Notes: a model not told the origin generated them from the letters alone. A stretch of 62,938 nucleotides of DNA, filler included, from Thraustochytrium aureum (GCA_012862495.1; 7 parts of 3 records of this genome joined end to end with filler, not necessarily neighbours in it), one strand, 5' to 3'. Shown: positions 47,003-58,950, counted from the first letter of the whole stretch. Program-made: numbers and translations.

Positions 47003-47347
47003 CTTCACCTTGGGGTCCTCCAGCGCCTGCACGAGCGTGCCTTCCGTGAGCATGATCGCCACATCGACCTCCCCGCTCGACAGCGCCTTGCACATGTCGC
47101 CGGTGCCGCCAGGAAAGTCTTGCCAGGCCACGTCGACGCCGGCCGGCTCAAACTTGGCCCGCCGCGCCCGCTCGGCTCGCGTCAGCTCCTCGCTCGCTCG
47201 CCGTGGCCTGGCCGCGTCCTGCTCGACTTACCTTGCCATGGCGAGATGCCACGGCGCGTTGAAGTGCTCCGGCACGCCGCCGACCTTGATCTTGCGCTGC
47301 GCGGAGAGCGAGCTCGGCCCCTGCGCCGCGCCGTCTTGCGTGGCCAT
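47003..47347 (-). CDS. Ca3427-like type-2 periplasmic-binding-fold protein, 5' part (probable intron about 47155-47231)
   Basis: IKVGGVPEHFNAPWHLA...WQDFPGGTGDMCKALSSGEVDVAIMLTEG; GTAAGT donor after ..AMAR, acceptor not clearly resolved. Confidence 0.8.
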
Positions 47348-47567
47348 CGTCGCGCGGGACGGGAGGTTTGGGCCTCGGGATCTAGCTTGGATCTGGGCGA
47401 AATGCGATGGGATCCTCACGCCCACGGGGCTCGCGCCTCTCGCGCGCGCGGCGGGGGCGGCGAAAGTGGACGCCGGAGCGCGGCACGAGCGCAAGCCTCG
47501 AGAGCGCGGGACTGGGGCGGCTGCGAGCGCGGAGGGCGCAGATTGGAGTCTGCAGACCTCGTTTGCG

Positions 47568-48142
47568 ATGGCCAACGCGGAGGCGCTGCGAGCGGCCTTG
47601 CGGGCGGCCAGCCAGCCCGACACTGCGCTCGTGCTCTACGACGGCCTCTGCAATGTGTGCAATGCGGGCGTGCAGTTCGCCGTGAGGCGCGTCGAAGGGG
47701 ACAAGGTCAAGTTTGCCTCGCTTCAGTCAGCGATAGCGCGGGCGGTGCTGGACGAGCTCGGGGCGCTGCAGACCGCGTTCGCAGACGGCAAGGACAAGCC
47801 GCCGACGAGCAGCCTCGTGGTGTCGCACGGCCGTGTTTTCGCCAAGTCGGACGCCACGGCGGAGATGATGCGCCACTTCCCCAAGCCCGAGCTTGCCGGG
47901 CGTGGGGCCAGTCTGGCCGCTCGTCGGCGCGGCGCTTCGTGCTGTTCCGCGCAGCCTGCGCGACATGGCGTACGACCGATTCGCGGAGCGCCGCATCGCT
48001 CTGTTTGGCGGCACGGACACGGTGCAGGCGCTTCCGAGGGGCACCGAGCACTTGTTCCTCGACCACGACGAGGGTATCCACGCGTGCCCGCTGCCCGGAA
48101 ACGCAGCAAAGCCGCGAGCGGGCGACGCGCAAGACGACCTTC
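47568..48142 (+). CDS. DCC-family thiol-disulfide oxidoreductase (DUF393/DCC1-like); frameshift near 47900
   Basis: LVLYDGLCNVCN (DxxCxxC), FASLQS, KSDA, VPRSLRDMAYDRFAERRIALFG. Confidence 0.88.
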
Positions 48143-48242
48143 NNNNNNNNNNNNNNNNNNNNNNNNNNNNNNNNNNNNNNNNNNNNTTAATTAATTAANN
48201 NNNNNNNNNNNNNNNNNNNNNNNNNNNNNNNNNNNNNNNNNN
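48143..48242. other. Artificial scaffold linker
   Basis: TTAATTAATTAA at 48187-48198. Confidence 0.97.
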
Positions 48243-49010
48243 CTCTCTGCCCATGTCCGGGAGCGAGTTTGGGATCTGGATCGGCCGCGACGCCCCGTTG
48301 CTGGGTGACTTGCTTGCTGCGGCGCGGCCGGCGCTCTTGCCTTTGGCACCCGCTCCAGCGGCCCGCGAGCCAGACAGGCGCTTCGAGATGCTCTGCCGCC
48401 AAGACACGCGCTTGCCCGCCCCAGAGGAGCGGCTCTCGTCTTCTGCAGCCGCCCCGAAGCTTGGGTCGCCGACGTATTGGTACAGCATGTCCTTCGCGCC
48501 GTCAAACTCGTCCTCGACGTCGTCCTCGTCGTCCTTGAGCAGGTGCGACTGGGGCGCCGCCTCGCAAAACTTGATGTTGTCGTTGGTGCGGCAGCCTGGA
48601 TGGCAGTCGATTCCGCAGGCGCGGCAGCGGTACCCCTGGTTGTACAGCCCGTGCAGCGTGGTCCCGCATGCATAGCACATTTTGGAGAACGGCGGGTACG
48701 AGCGCATCTCAAACTTGTGGTAGACGCGCGCGCACGGCGAACGGATCTTGTCCTGGCACGACTTGTGCACGTTGACGCCGCATACCTTGCAGGTGCATCC
48801 AACGCCGCGCGGAACGAAGCTGTCGAGCATCTGTTCGGGGATGCGGCTCTTGATCATCGCCGGCGTGCGCTCCAGCACGCCGCTGATCACCTCGTTCTCG
48901 ATCATCTCATCGCACACAAAGCACTTGGTCAAATTCGCGAACCTCTGCTCCTCGAATTCGTGCTTCACCGGGCGCGAGCTCCCTCGCCTCGCGTCGTCGG
49001 CCGAGGCCAT
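48243..49010 (-). CDS. Tandem C1 (DAG/phorbol-type zinc) domain protein, 3'-truncated (DGK/PKC-like N-terminus)
   Basis: HEF..KCFVC..GCTCKVCGVNVHKSC..C and HKF..MCYACGTTLHGLYNQGYRCRACGIDCHPGC..C. Confidence 0.85.
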
Positions 49011-50500
49011 CCTCGCCGCCACCCCGACGGCCGCCAAACGCCAAACGCCAAACGCCAAAGCAAACTGCAACGCCGCAGCGTCGCGACCAAAAGGCCGGTC
49101 CTGATCCAGGCGGCCCAGCGCTCTTCGCGGCGCGCCCAACCGACGCGTTCGGGGTCTGCCGCAGCCGCACGCACGCACGCGCGCACTCGCCGTCCTCCTT
49201 CCTTTCTTCCCTGCACACTCGTCACCACGTCTGTGCACAACCCCTCGTCAACCCTCAACCACGGCAACTTCCATCATAAACGCTCCTGAGTCAACGCCCA
49301 ACCACGGCACCTTCCGTTATACGCGGATAATGCTTCTTCCGTTGTGAATGGAAAGTGACGCTGTTCACGGAACAGTTGCCGTTGTTCGGGGAAAGGGACG
49401 CTGTTGTGGGGTGGCGCTGGGCAGCACGTGTTTTGGAACGTCGGAACAGTGTCGCGTGCTGCGCTGGGTAGTTCTACTTACGAGTAGGTGTTCATGATGC
49501 AGGGCCAGCGAAATGCGAGCGACCGCGTGCCGGGCAGCGGCGGCGCTCCAGGCGTTGCGCGACGCGTCGCAAGTCCGGGATGNNNNNNNNNNNNNNNNNN
49601 NNNNNNNNNNNNNNNNNNNNNNNNNNNNNNNNNNNNNNNNNNNNNNNNNNNNNNNNNNNNNNNNNNNNNNNNNNNNNNNNNNNNNNNNNNNNNNNNNNNN
49701 NNNNNNNNNNNNNNNNNNNNNNNNNNNNNNNNNNNNNNNNNNNNNNNNNNNNNNNNNNNNNNNNNNNNNNNNNNNNNNNNNNNNNNNNNNNNNNNNNNNN
49801 NNNNNNNNNNNNNNNNNNNNNNNNNNNNNNNNNNNNNNNNNNNNNNNNNNNNNNNNNNNNNNNNNNNNNNNNNNNNNNNNNNNNNNNNNNNNNNNNNNNN
49901 NNNNNNNNNNNNNNNNNNNNNNNNNNNNNNNNNNNNNNNNNNNNNNNNNNNNNNNNNNNNNNNNNNNNNNNNNNNNNNNNNNNNNNNNNNNNNNNNNNNN
50001 NNNNNNNNNNNNNNNNNNNNNNNNNNNNNNNNNNNNNNNNNNNNNNNNNNNNNNNNNNNNNNNNNNNNNNNNNNNNNNNNNNNNNNNNNNNNNNNNNNNN
50101 NNNNNNNNNNNNNNNNNNNNNNNNNNNNNNNNNNNNNNNNNNNNNNNNNNNNNNNNNNNNNNNNNNNNNNNNNNNNNNNNNNNNNNNNNNNNNNNNNNNN
50201 NNNNNNNNNNNNNNNNNNNNNNNNNNNNNNNNNNNNNNNNNNNNNNNNNNNNNNNNNNNNNNNNNNNNNNNNNNNNNNNNNNNNNNNNNNNNNNNNNNNN
50301 NNNNNNNNNNNNNNNNNNNNNNNNNNNNNNNNNNNNNNNNNNNNNNNNNNNNNNNNNNNNNNNNNNNNNNNNNNNNNNNNNNNNNNNNNNNNNNNNNNNN
50401 NNNNNNNNNNNNNNNNNNNNNNNNNNNNNNNNNNNNNNNNNNNNNNNNNNNNNNNNNNNNNNNNNNNNNNNNNNNNNNNNNNNNNNNNNNNNNNNNNNNN

Positions 50501-50952
50501 AGCGCAATCAAGAGCCGGATGTTGGCGATGGCCCAAGGAGCTTCGGCCTCGATCGTCTCGCCAAACTGTGTCAACGCCGTGCAGACCTGCGCGGCGCGGT
50601 CGACAACCCCGTCCATGCTTTCTGGGTTGTACCAGTTACATGGGTGCCCGTTCGCTCGAGTCGCCTGCAGCGCGGCGGGGTTGCTCGCAAAGGTCGAGTC
50701 GTCGCACGTATAGGTCACCACTGGGCCATCGGCGGCGATTCCGAGGCGCGCTGCTGCGTCGTTGATAAAGTCCCCATTCTCGTCAACTGCTGCGCACCCT
50801 GCGGACTGGCAGATCGGGTAGTCGACCCCGTAAAACCCTTTCAGGAAGGCGTTGGCCGAGTATGCCACCAAGCATGTCGTGTTGCAGGGCACCTCCACGA
50901 GCTCGTCCGTGCGGCCCCTGATGGTTTGGTCGCTGCAAACGAACGCGCTCAT
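50501..50952 (-). CDS. Hypothetical protein with Cys-containing N-terminal region, runs into gap
   Basis: Open, protein-like frame MSAFVCSDQ... with 8 Cys ending in hydrophobic WAIANIRLLIA. Confidence 0.55.
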
Positions 50953-52050
50953 CGTCTGTGCAGCCAGTGTCTCAACTTGCGCGTTGCGGTGCAGCCGATG
51001 TCGAAACGAGGTCTGCCGGACTTGCTGCGTTGGAGTCCTCACCTGCGTCGAGGAGGAGGAGGAGGAGAGAGCGAGTGAGAAGCAACAAAACCGCAAGAAC
51101 GGGTGTCGCCCCTCATTGGTGGCCGCCCACACGCGCCTTGCGGACCGAGCGCCACGCAGGCGTGAACGCAGTTTTCAGCGGGGAGGATCCGGATCTGACC
51201 GCTCTTGCTTGGTGCGGTAGGAGGAAGCTCCTCTTCTCATGGCATCTCAAGATCAGGGGCCAGCGCGTCACATTGCGAGCGAGCCATGCTTGGGGTTGGC
51301 CACTGCCCACGCGCTCCAGGCGGCTCGAATGAAGGACGCAGGGATCATGCATCAGCAGCGTGTGCAAAGAGGCAGGGATGTGAGTTGTACAGCTTACAAG
51401 TTACAAGGGCGACGTTTCGCTTGACGAGCTCGGCGGCACAGCTCGAGCGCTCATTGGTTAGCACGCGTACGAAAACGCACCAACCCAAAAGCAATGATGG
51501 TCTCTGAGCGATCTCGACAAGGTTTTCGGCAAATAAATGCAATAACTTTTCAAAGGAAACTGGTTTGTAATCCCGACGACTTCGCAAATACCGCCTTTAA
51601 ATAGAAGAACCCCTGTGCGACAACCGACGAAGGATCCTGCAAAACGACGCTGCGCAGCGGCGACAGTTTCAACTGCTCTGAAACGAAACAAAACGATGCA
51701 ATGCCGCAGTCCAAGACGTCGACAAAACGGTGCAATACCGCACTCCATGGCACGGCATCGACAAAACGATGCACACCTGTCGCTCGTGTCGTGCGGCAAT
51801 TGGCGGATGTGCGCTCGCTGCCGACCGTCTCTGCTAGCCCCCGCCATGTCCAAGTCGCCCTGGGATTGGCGGCAGCGCGCTTGCTTCGAGGAAAGCCAAA
51901 AGACTGGCCGCTCGCGAGCTCATCCGAGGTGATTGCTGGTGAATTGCAGTCGGCGCGGTCCAGCCCGCCGGCGATGCAGACCTCGAACTCGCAGCAAGCA
52001 AGCGCAAGATCAATCAAATCAAGGCAAAGCATACCTTGAGTTCCGCAAGA

Positions 52051-52846
52051 ATGGCACCCCTCACACGAGCTTTCGCTTTTGGCGCCATCGGCGCCACTTT
52101 CGCTGCCGTGGCCCAGGGCGGGTCGTGCTACAACTCGGTCACGCACGAGGTATTTTGCGCCGTGGACCAGGCTGTCTGCACGGCGTTTGGCCACATGTTC
52201 TTTCCTGCGGGCTACATGTCTGGGCGGTCGGGCTGCTGCCACTGCTGCAACGGCTGCAACCATACCGCGGAGACTGGCGATGACTGCGAGCTTTCGTACT
52301 ACCCGGATGGCGGTTGCGACCATGAAGGCGGCCCGACAGAACTCTCNNNNNNNNNNNNNNNNNNNNNNNNNNNNNNNNNNNNNNNNNNNNNNNNNNNNNN
52401 NNNNNNNNNNNNNNNNNNNNNNNNNNNNNNNNNNNNNNNNNNNNNNNNNNNNNNNNNNNNNNNNNNNNNNNNNNNNNNNNNNNNNNNNNNNNNNNNNNNN
52501 NNNNNNNNNNNNNNNNNNNNNNNNNNNNNNNNNNNNNNNNNNNNNNNNNNNNNNNNNNNNNNNNNNNNNNNNNNNNNNCTATGTGAGCACTTCCAAGCAT
52601 TCCCCCGGTTCTGGCTGCTGCCACTGCTGCGCTGGGTGCAACATGACGGCGGAGGCGGGCAAGAACTGCACGGCGTTCCGCGGCGTCGATGGTCAGTGCG
52701 GTCACGTTGGCGGACCGTCCGAGGACTCGCCGTTCTTTTCGTCCGGCGACGAGACCACCAAGTCGCCAACTCCTTCTTCGGGCGCCGATTTGCACGCCTT
52801 GCCGCAACTTGTTGTGGGCTTATTCGTTCTTGCCGCCGCCCGCTAG
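52051..52846 (+). CDS. Small secreted, probably GPI-anchored Cys-rich repeat protein
   Basis: Signal MAPLTRAFAFGAIGATFAAVAQG; SGCCHCCNGCNHTAE and SGCCHCCAGCNMTAE on either side of the gap; S/T/P linker then hydrophobic tail LVVGLFVLAAAR. Confidence 0.7.
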
Positions 52847-53011
52847 AGACAGAGGTTGGTGCGCGGTGGAGCGAGTGAGTAGGGACTCCTTCTCGCTCAA
52901 ATCAAGAAAATTCACAATGCTGTTTTCATTTCCTTTGCGTCCTGCTCGACACGCATCCCACAACGACCAAATGCAACAAAGAAAAGGGCTACGGGCGTTG
53001 TGTTCGAATTT

Positions 53012-54330
53012 TCACGCATCCGCGTGATCTTTGCCAGGCGGCATAAACGACGGATTTGACACCCCACTCGCAAAGCTGTTGGAGCGTACCTTTGCCTGAG
53101 CCGGCTCCTCGGCTTCGGCGGCCTTGCTCGCACCAACGTCTTTGTCGACCCTGACGTCCATGTTCTCGCGCTCAATAATAGCTCCCGTCTGTCCAAGAAG
53201 CTCAAACACCTGGTCAGAGTTCATGCCACGGATCTTGCGCATCTCAGAACTGCTAAAGTTGCAGAGCCCGCACGCGAGCTCGTTGCCAGCCGCGTCGACC
53301 AGGTTGACCGACTCGAACGCGCAAAACTCGCCCTCGACAGCAGTCACGCCCACCGCGAAGAGCGTCTTGCGCTGGGCGACAGCGCGGCGCGCACCGTCGT
53401 CCACCACCAGGGTCCCGCGCCGATGCAAGCTGCGGATCCAGCGCTTGCGCTCTCGTGGCGGGTCCACGTTGCGCTCAAACGTAGTGCCAAAGTCAAACCG
53501 CGACGGCTCGACAGCGGAACCCGCCCCGCGCGACAGGAAGCGGCGTTCAGCTCGGCGAGCTCGTGTTCGACGTACGCCTCTATCTTGGCGCAGTCGTCCG
53601 CGTGCATGATGACGGTTCGCACGCCCAGGGAAGTGGAGAGCGCGGCTGCTGCGATCTTGGCTGCCATCCCGCCTGTCCCCCAATTGCTGTCTGCGCCGTC
53701 GCCTAGCTTGCACTCGTGCCGCAAGGCGTCAAAGTCGGTCACGAACGGGATGCGACGCGCCGTCGCGTCTGTGTGCGGGTTGGCCGTGAAAACGCCGTTG
53801 ACGTCGGTCATAAGAAACACCAGGTCGGCCCCGATCATGTTGCCGACCATGCCTGCCAGCTTGTCGTTGTCGGCCTTGAGCTCGTGGATGCCGACCGTGT
53901 CGTTCTCGTTGACGATCGGGATGACGCCGATGCGAAACAGCTCGTCAAACGTGTTTTTCGCGTTCAAGAACTGCACGCGGTCCACAAAGTTTTCGTACGT
54001 CAGAAGCACCTGCGAGCAGAGCTGGCCAACCGAGGAGAACAGCAGATCGTACTTTCCCATCAGATGCACCTGTCCCACAGACGCGAGCGCCTGGCGCGCC
54101 ACGATCGAGCTGGGCCTCTCCTTGAGGCCCTTCCTCTGGCATCCCGCACCAACAGCGCCGCTCGAGACAAGCACCACGTCATGGCCCTTGCTTCGCAGCG
54201 CGCTCAGCACTTCCACGGTCGCCGCGAGGTGTCCGAGGGCGAGTTTCGTCTCGCCGGTGGTCTCGTCTGCGCGGAGCAGGCTCGATGTCCCGATCTTGAC
54301 GACAACGCGGACACGGCGCTGCTCGACCAT
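53012..54330 (-). CDS. proB: Glutamate 5-kinase with PUA domain (frameshift near 53545)
   Basis: VVVKIGTSSL, VLVSSGAVGAG, IPIVNENDTV, DND, TDVNG, WGTGGMAAKIAAA; PUA: RKRWI..GTLVVDDGA..GLCNFSSSE. Confidence 0.93.
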
Positions 54331-54936
54331 CGCTCCCAAGCTCTCTGACGGACACCTTGACGCAGCCGCAGCTCGCGCAGTCTCCGTTCGCGCTCTGGCG
54401 CCGTCGACCACACGGCGGCCTGGCTCGGCCCGCGCGTCACAGGGACCCCTCTGTCTAACAAGTATGAGGGGCCCTATTGTACGGCGCGGACACGAGTTGG
54501 CGTGACAAAGGGTACTTATGTGACGGAAGAATTGTGGGGATGACGTGCGGCCCGGCTGGAGTAGTAACGAGGAGGCCCTTTTGCGGCACGACGTGACGTA
54601 GGTGGTACGATAGACGTAGAGTAGTTTGGGTGGTACGTAACATGCCGCCAGGCGTGACGGCGCTCCGATCGACCGCGCCGGCTCACGAAACGATGCCATC
54701 CAGCGTTACGTAGGTGGCGGGGAAGACTCGGTCGCGAGCGCAGAGCAGAGCGCGAAAGGGACGGGGGAAGGACGGGGCCACTCAGTGCTGTTGGGCTGCG
54801 CGAACGGCGTCGGAAGCGGCAGTGGGCTGACGGCCTGGCGAGCGGTCACTCGCTTGCTTTATTCTGCGGGGCTGGCTTGCTTGAAAGTTGGGCTGGCCGG
54901 GTCGCAAGAACTCGAGGGATTTTTACTTTTTTCGCG
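54331..54936. promoter_or_regulatory. Divergent promoter region between proB and NudC, rich in TGACG/ACGT elements
   Basis: Head-to-head genes; ATGACGTG, GACGTGACGTAG, TACGTAA and TTACGTA clustered at 54500-54715. Confidence 0.45.
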
Positions 54937-56294
54937 ATGGCGGAGCGGCTCTCCAAGACCCAGGAAGAGGCCGACGGCATGCTCATGGTGATGGCACAAA
55001 AGGCCGGAGGGCTGCAACCGCTGCTGAGCCAGTTCTTTGGGTTTTTGCATCGCAGAACTGACTTTTATGCTGTGATCCAGACTCGACCAAGGAGGCGACG
55101 ATGGGGTTTCGGCCCGGCGTCGCGGAGCGGATGGTGCGTTTGGCGAGATGGCACCGGCTTGCCAGAGCGGTTTGCTGACCAATCTGCTGCTATTCTCGCG
55201 CTGCTGGCCGATCTGCTGCAATTCTNNNNNNNNNNNNNNNNNNNNNNNNNNNNNNNNNNNNNNNNNNNNNNNNNNNNNNNNNNNNNNNNNNNNNNNNNNN
55301 NNNNNNNNNNNNNNNNNNNNNNNNNNNNNNNNNNNNNNNNNNNNNNNNNNNNNNNNNNNNNNNNNNNNNNNNNNNNNNNNNNNNNNNNNNNNNNNNNNNN
55401 NNNNNNNNNNNNNNNNNNNNNNNNNNNNNNNNNNNNNNNNNNNNNNNNNNNNNNNNNNNNNNNNCAGGCGTTCCGTGAGTTTCCGCTCAAGCCGCTCGGC
55501 AACGAACCGGCGGCGACCTCCACCGCAGCGCAGCCCAGGGGCGCGCAGAAACCTTCGTCAACGACCAAGACGCCAAGCCCACCGCCGGGGGAGAGTGTAA
55601 AAGCCGAACAAGCTCCGCACCGGCGCCGGGGCCCAGCAAGGCCCCATCGGCGTCCGCGACGGAGGAGATCTCCGCGCTGGGGACGAAGCTTGCAGTGACT
55701 GAGCAAGGCAAGCAAGTCCCGCTCCCTGGCAACGGTGGGGTGACGGACCGGTACTTTTGGCAGCAAAGCCTGCAGGACCTGACCGTGTACGTCGACGTGC
55801 CCGGGGCCGCGTCCGCGAAGGACATCCAGTGCGAGATTCGCGCCGACGCGCTCGTTGTCCGGGCCAAGGGCCTGGACAAGCCGCTCGTAGATGGCAAATA
55901 CCCAAGCCCGGAGAAAGTCCGCACGGCCGACTCGTTCTGGTCGTTCGAAAAGGACACACATACGCTCGTTGTTTCGCTCGAGAAGACGCGCGAGACGTGG
56001 TGGGCCTCCGTTCTGGAGGGCGAGCCAGCCATCGACACAACTATGGTAGACTCGACACGCCGCGTGGACGAGTATGATGAGGTGACGCAAGCGCACATCC
56101 GCAAGGTCATGTTTGATCAGCGCCAGAAGGCGCAGGGCCTCCCGACCAGCGATGAGCTCGCTCAGGCCGAGATCCTTGAGCGCGCAAAGTACCTTCCCGG
56201 GTCGCCATTCCTCTCTGGCGCTGTGGACGAGAACAACCTGCACTTTGCTAGCAGCAGCAGCAGCAGCAGCACTGGCCCGGCCAGCGCAATGTAG
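54937..56294 (+). CDS. NUDC: NudC-family co-chaperone (N-terminal NudC + CS domain); gap and frameshift
   Basis: ADGMLMVMAQ..LLSQFFGFLHRRTDFY; GNGGVTDRYFWQQSL, WWASVLEGEPAIDT, IRKVMFDQRQKAQGLPTSDE. Confidence 0.9.
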
Positions 56295-56515
56295 AGGGAT
56301 TCGGGACCTCGCGCAGCTTGTCCTGCGCGCCGGAGGCGACGCCGTGCCGACAACCAACCATAGTAGGCCCGACCAGGGCAGGCGACCGCGAGCGTGCGAG
56401 CCCAGCACTTTGCTTGCCCGTGGCCTCTCTGGAGCTCTAGGACCCCTGGGGCCCAGCGGATCCAGCTAACGTAAAGAGATGTCCGGCGATCGAGTTTCCG
56501 CACTTGATGGTTGTC

Positions 56516-56615
56516 NNNNNNNNNNNNNNNNNNNNNNNNNNNNNNNNNNNNNNNNNNNNTTAATTAATTAANNNNNNNNNNNNNNNNNNNNNNNNNNNNN
56601 NNNNNNNNNNNNNNN
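56516..56615. other. Artificial scaffold linker
   Basis: TTAATTAATTAA at 56560-56571. Confidence 0.97.
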
Positions 56616-57549
56616 GCGCAACGAAGTGAGCGCCCCCTTCACGTTTACCCCGCACCATGGGGCAGTCACCACGCCAGTGCACCCAACCGTGAGCTCCGAT
56701 TCGTCAGGCGCTGTGCCTTCCTACGACCCAGAGGCGGCAGCGGGCGAGTGGGAACTTGTCCTCTTGCTCGACAACCGCGAGAGGCTCGACAACAACTCGA
56801 GGTTTGACTTTGAAAGCCGCCTCCTGGATGCTGGTCTGCGGGTCGAGTCGCGCGCGCTTCCCTTGGGCGACATGCTGTGGGTGTTTCGTCGGTGCAGCCC
56901 GCCTTTCGACGAGTGGGTCAGCGACTACATAGTCGAGCGCAAAGCCGTCACGGACCTCGCCGTCTCAATCAAGGATGGCCGGTACCAGGAGCAAAAGTTC
57001 CGTCTGCACGACTGCAGGCTGAGCAAAGTGATCTACCTGGTCGAGGGCAACCCCGCGTCCAACGTGGTCATGTGCACCAAGGCGCTCGAGACGGCCATGG
57101 CCGAGACGCAGGTTCGGGACGGCTTTGTGATGCGCAGCACAGAGTCGCACGGAGAGAGCATACAGTTTCTGGTCAACATGCACAATCTCCTGGCGTCGAT
57201 GACGACGCACGCGGCCCCTGGGCGCTGGCAGGGTCCACCCGAGCACGAAGATTGGCGCTCCTACGAGTCCTTCAAGGCGCGGAACGAAAAGATGCGGCTC
57301 AAGACTGCTGGGGAGGTCTTCGGCGCAATGGTCAAGCAGATCAAAGGGTTTAGCGGGGCCAAGGCCTCGGCGGTTGTGGACAGGTACCCGACGCCGCGCT
57401 CGATGTTCGACTGCTTTGAGCGCGAGCTTGCAGCGGCGACGGACGAGTCCAGACGGCTACACTTTCAAGACATCGTGCCGACGGGGCACACGACGAGGAT
57501 CGGCAAGGTTCTCAGCTGCCGGCTGCACGACCTCATGACGACGCAGTGA
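56616..57549 (+). CDS. MUS81: Crossover junction endonuclease MUS81, ERCC4 + HhH part (5'-truncated)
   Basis: LLLDNRE, LPLGDMLW, IVERKAVTDLAVSIKDGRYQEQKFRL, YLVEG, QIKGFSGAKA..YPTP. Confidence 0.92.
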
Positions 57550-57845
57550 GTTTGCCCAACCAGTCATAGGGGCGGGCAGCGAGGTGCGAGTGAGCCGCGG
57601 CAAGACCGCTCAAGCGAGAAGCGGCCGACCGCGAAACGCGCTCTTGCAAGCGAACAGCAGCCAAGTGCGAGAGATGCAAGTTTCGAGTACCATGCGCTAC
57701 TGCAAGCGAATCGCAGCCGACTGCGAGAGATGCACGTTTCAAGTATGCGCTACTGCAAGTTCTGCGTTGCCGCTGCTCCCTCGACCATGACGGCGACCTC
57801 AGCCAACCAGACGAGGGCGCGCTCCAGCTAGCGAGCAAGATAACC

Positions 57846-58850
57846 CTAGGAATACGTGACCATTTCAGCCGGGAGGTGTCCCGTGTCGCCTAGATTGCTC
57901 ACGGAGACGCCCCCGGAGCTGGTGATGCGCACCACAGTGATGCCGCAGTTGTACACAGACAGGCGCAGCCACGCGGCTGGGTCAACCTGCAAGGCGCGGC
58001 AGGTAAAGTAACGGATCACGTTGCCGTGGCACACCAAGACCTCGTGCGAATCGCTCTCCTGCTCGGCAACGGGCCGGTGAAAGTACCGGCGGAAGGCAGC
58101 CTCGATGCGGGCCCCGTCCTCTTGGCAAGACCGCTCCGACGGGCGATACACCGAGGACGCCGGCTCTGGCTCGATCGGATTGCCTTCGCGCAGCATTTGG
58201 TCGACGTGCAGCGGCACTGCCGTCCGCGAAGCCTCGGCGAGCGCTGCTTGGATGTGCACCGCCGTCTCGGTCGCTCGCATCTGGTCCGAGTGGTAGACCG
58301 CGTCAAAGCGAAACCCGGCGCTCGCCGCGATTTCTGCGAGCCGCGACCCTGTGCGCCGGGCTTGCTCGTGGCCGAGCTCAGTGAGGGCGTTGGCTTCGTC
58401 CCACCGCAGCCGCGCCTCCTCGGAGATGCCCGGGAGCGCCGCGCGCGACACGTAGTTGTACTGTCCGTGCCGAACAAGAAACAGGTAGCGGCAAGGCCGC
58501 CGCGTCCTCGCAGGCTTGTTCCGCGCGACCTCTTTTCCAGCAGCCGCGTCAGCCGGCGCCGCGGCAGCGGCCGCGTCCTTGGCCGCGCGCGTTGCGCCTG
58601 CGTCCTCCTCCGCCTTCCGCGCCTCCATGGCCTCCTTGCGCAACCTCGTCGTCCCGGCCATCAGGTCCCAGTTCGCATCCCACTCCCTAAACCCCTGCGC
58701 GCCGTGGATCCCCGCCCTGCTCTGCGAGCGTCTGGCGAGGCCGGAGCCCCGGCCAGGCTGTCCCAAGCCGAGTCCCCCAAGGGCCACCGCCACGACCCCT
58801 GCCGTCGAGCATCCTCGCCGCAGCCACGCCATCCCGAGCAAACACGCCAC
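57846..58850 (-). CDS. PGAM5: Mitochondrial Ser/Thr phosphatase PGAM5 (start uncertain)
   Basis: WDANWD motif, FLVRHGQY, LTELGHEQA, LREG, DGARIEAAFRRYFHR, VCHGNVIRYF. Confidence 0.92.
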   Translation of the reverse strand: MACLLGMAWLRRGCSTAGVVAVALGGLGLGQPGRGSGLARRSQSRAGIHGAQGFREWDANWDLMAGTTRLRKEAMEARKAEEDAGATRAAKDAAAAAAPADAAAGKEVARNKPARTRRPCRYLFLVRHGQYNYVSRAALPGISEEARLRWDEANALTELGHEQARRTGSRLAEIAASAGFRFDAVYHSDQMRATETAVHIQAALAEASRTAVPLHVDQMLREGNPIEPEPASSVYRPSERSCQEDGARIEAAFRRYFHRPVAEQESDSHEVLVCHGNVIRYFTCRALQVDPAAWLRLSVYNCGITVVRITSSGGVSVSNLGDTGHLPAEMVTYS

Positions 58851-58857
58851 CGCGACG

Positions 58858-58950
58858 CCTGCTGCTCCTGCACAGGCCCCTGCACAAGCTCCTGCTGCTG
58901 CTCCTGCTGCTGCTCCTGCTGCTGCTGCGGCTGCTGCGGCTGCTGCTGCG
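58858..58950 (+). repeat. (CTG/GCT)-rich microsatellite
   Basis: Visible imperfect trinucleotide run. Confidence 0.75.

Noticed and set aside
45110..47131. Ca3427-like/COQ9 fusion ORF in the track
   Set aside because: The frame is only continuous through about 950 N. It cannot be supported without closing the gap, and two genes is the simpler reading.
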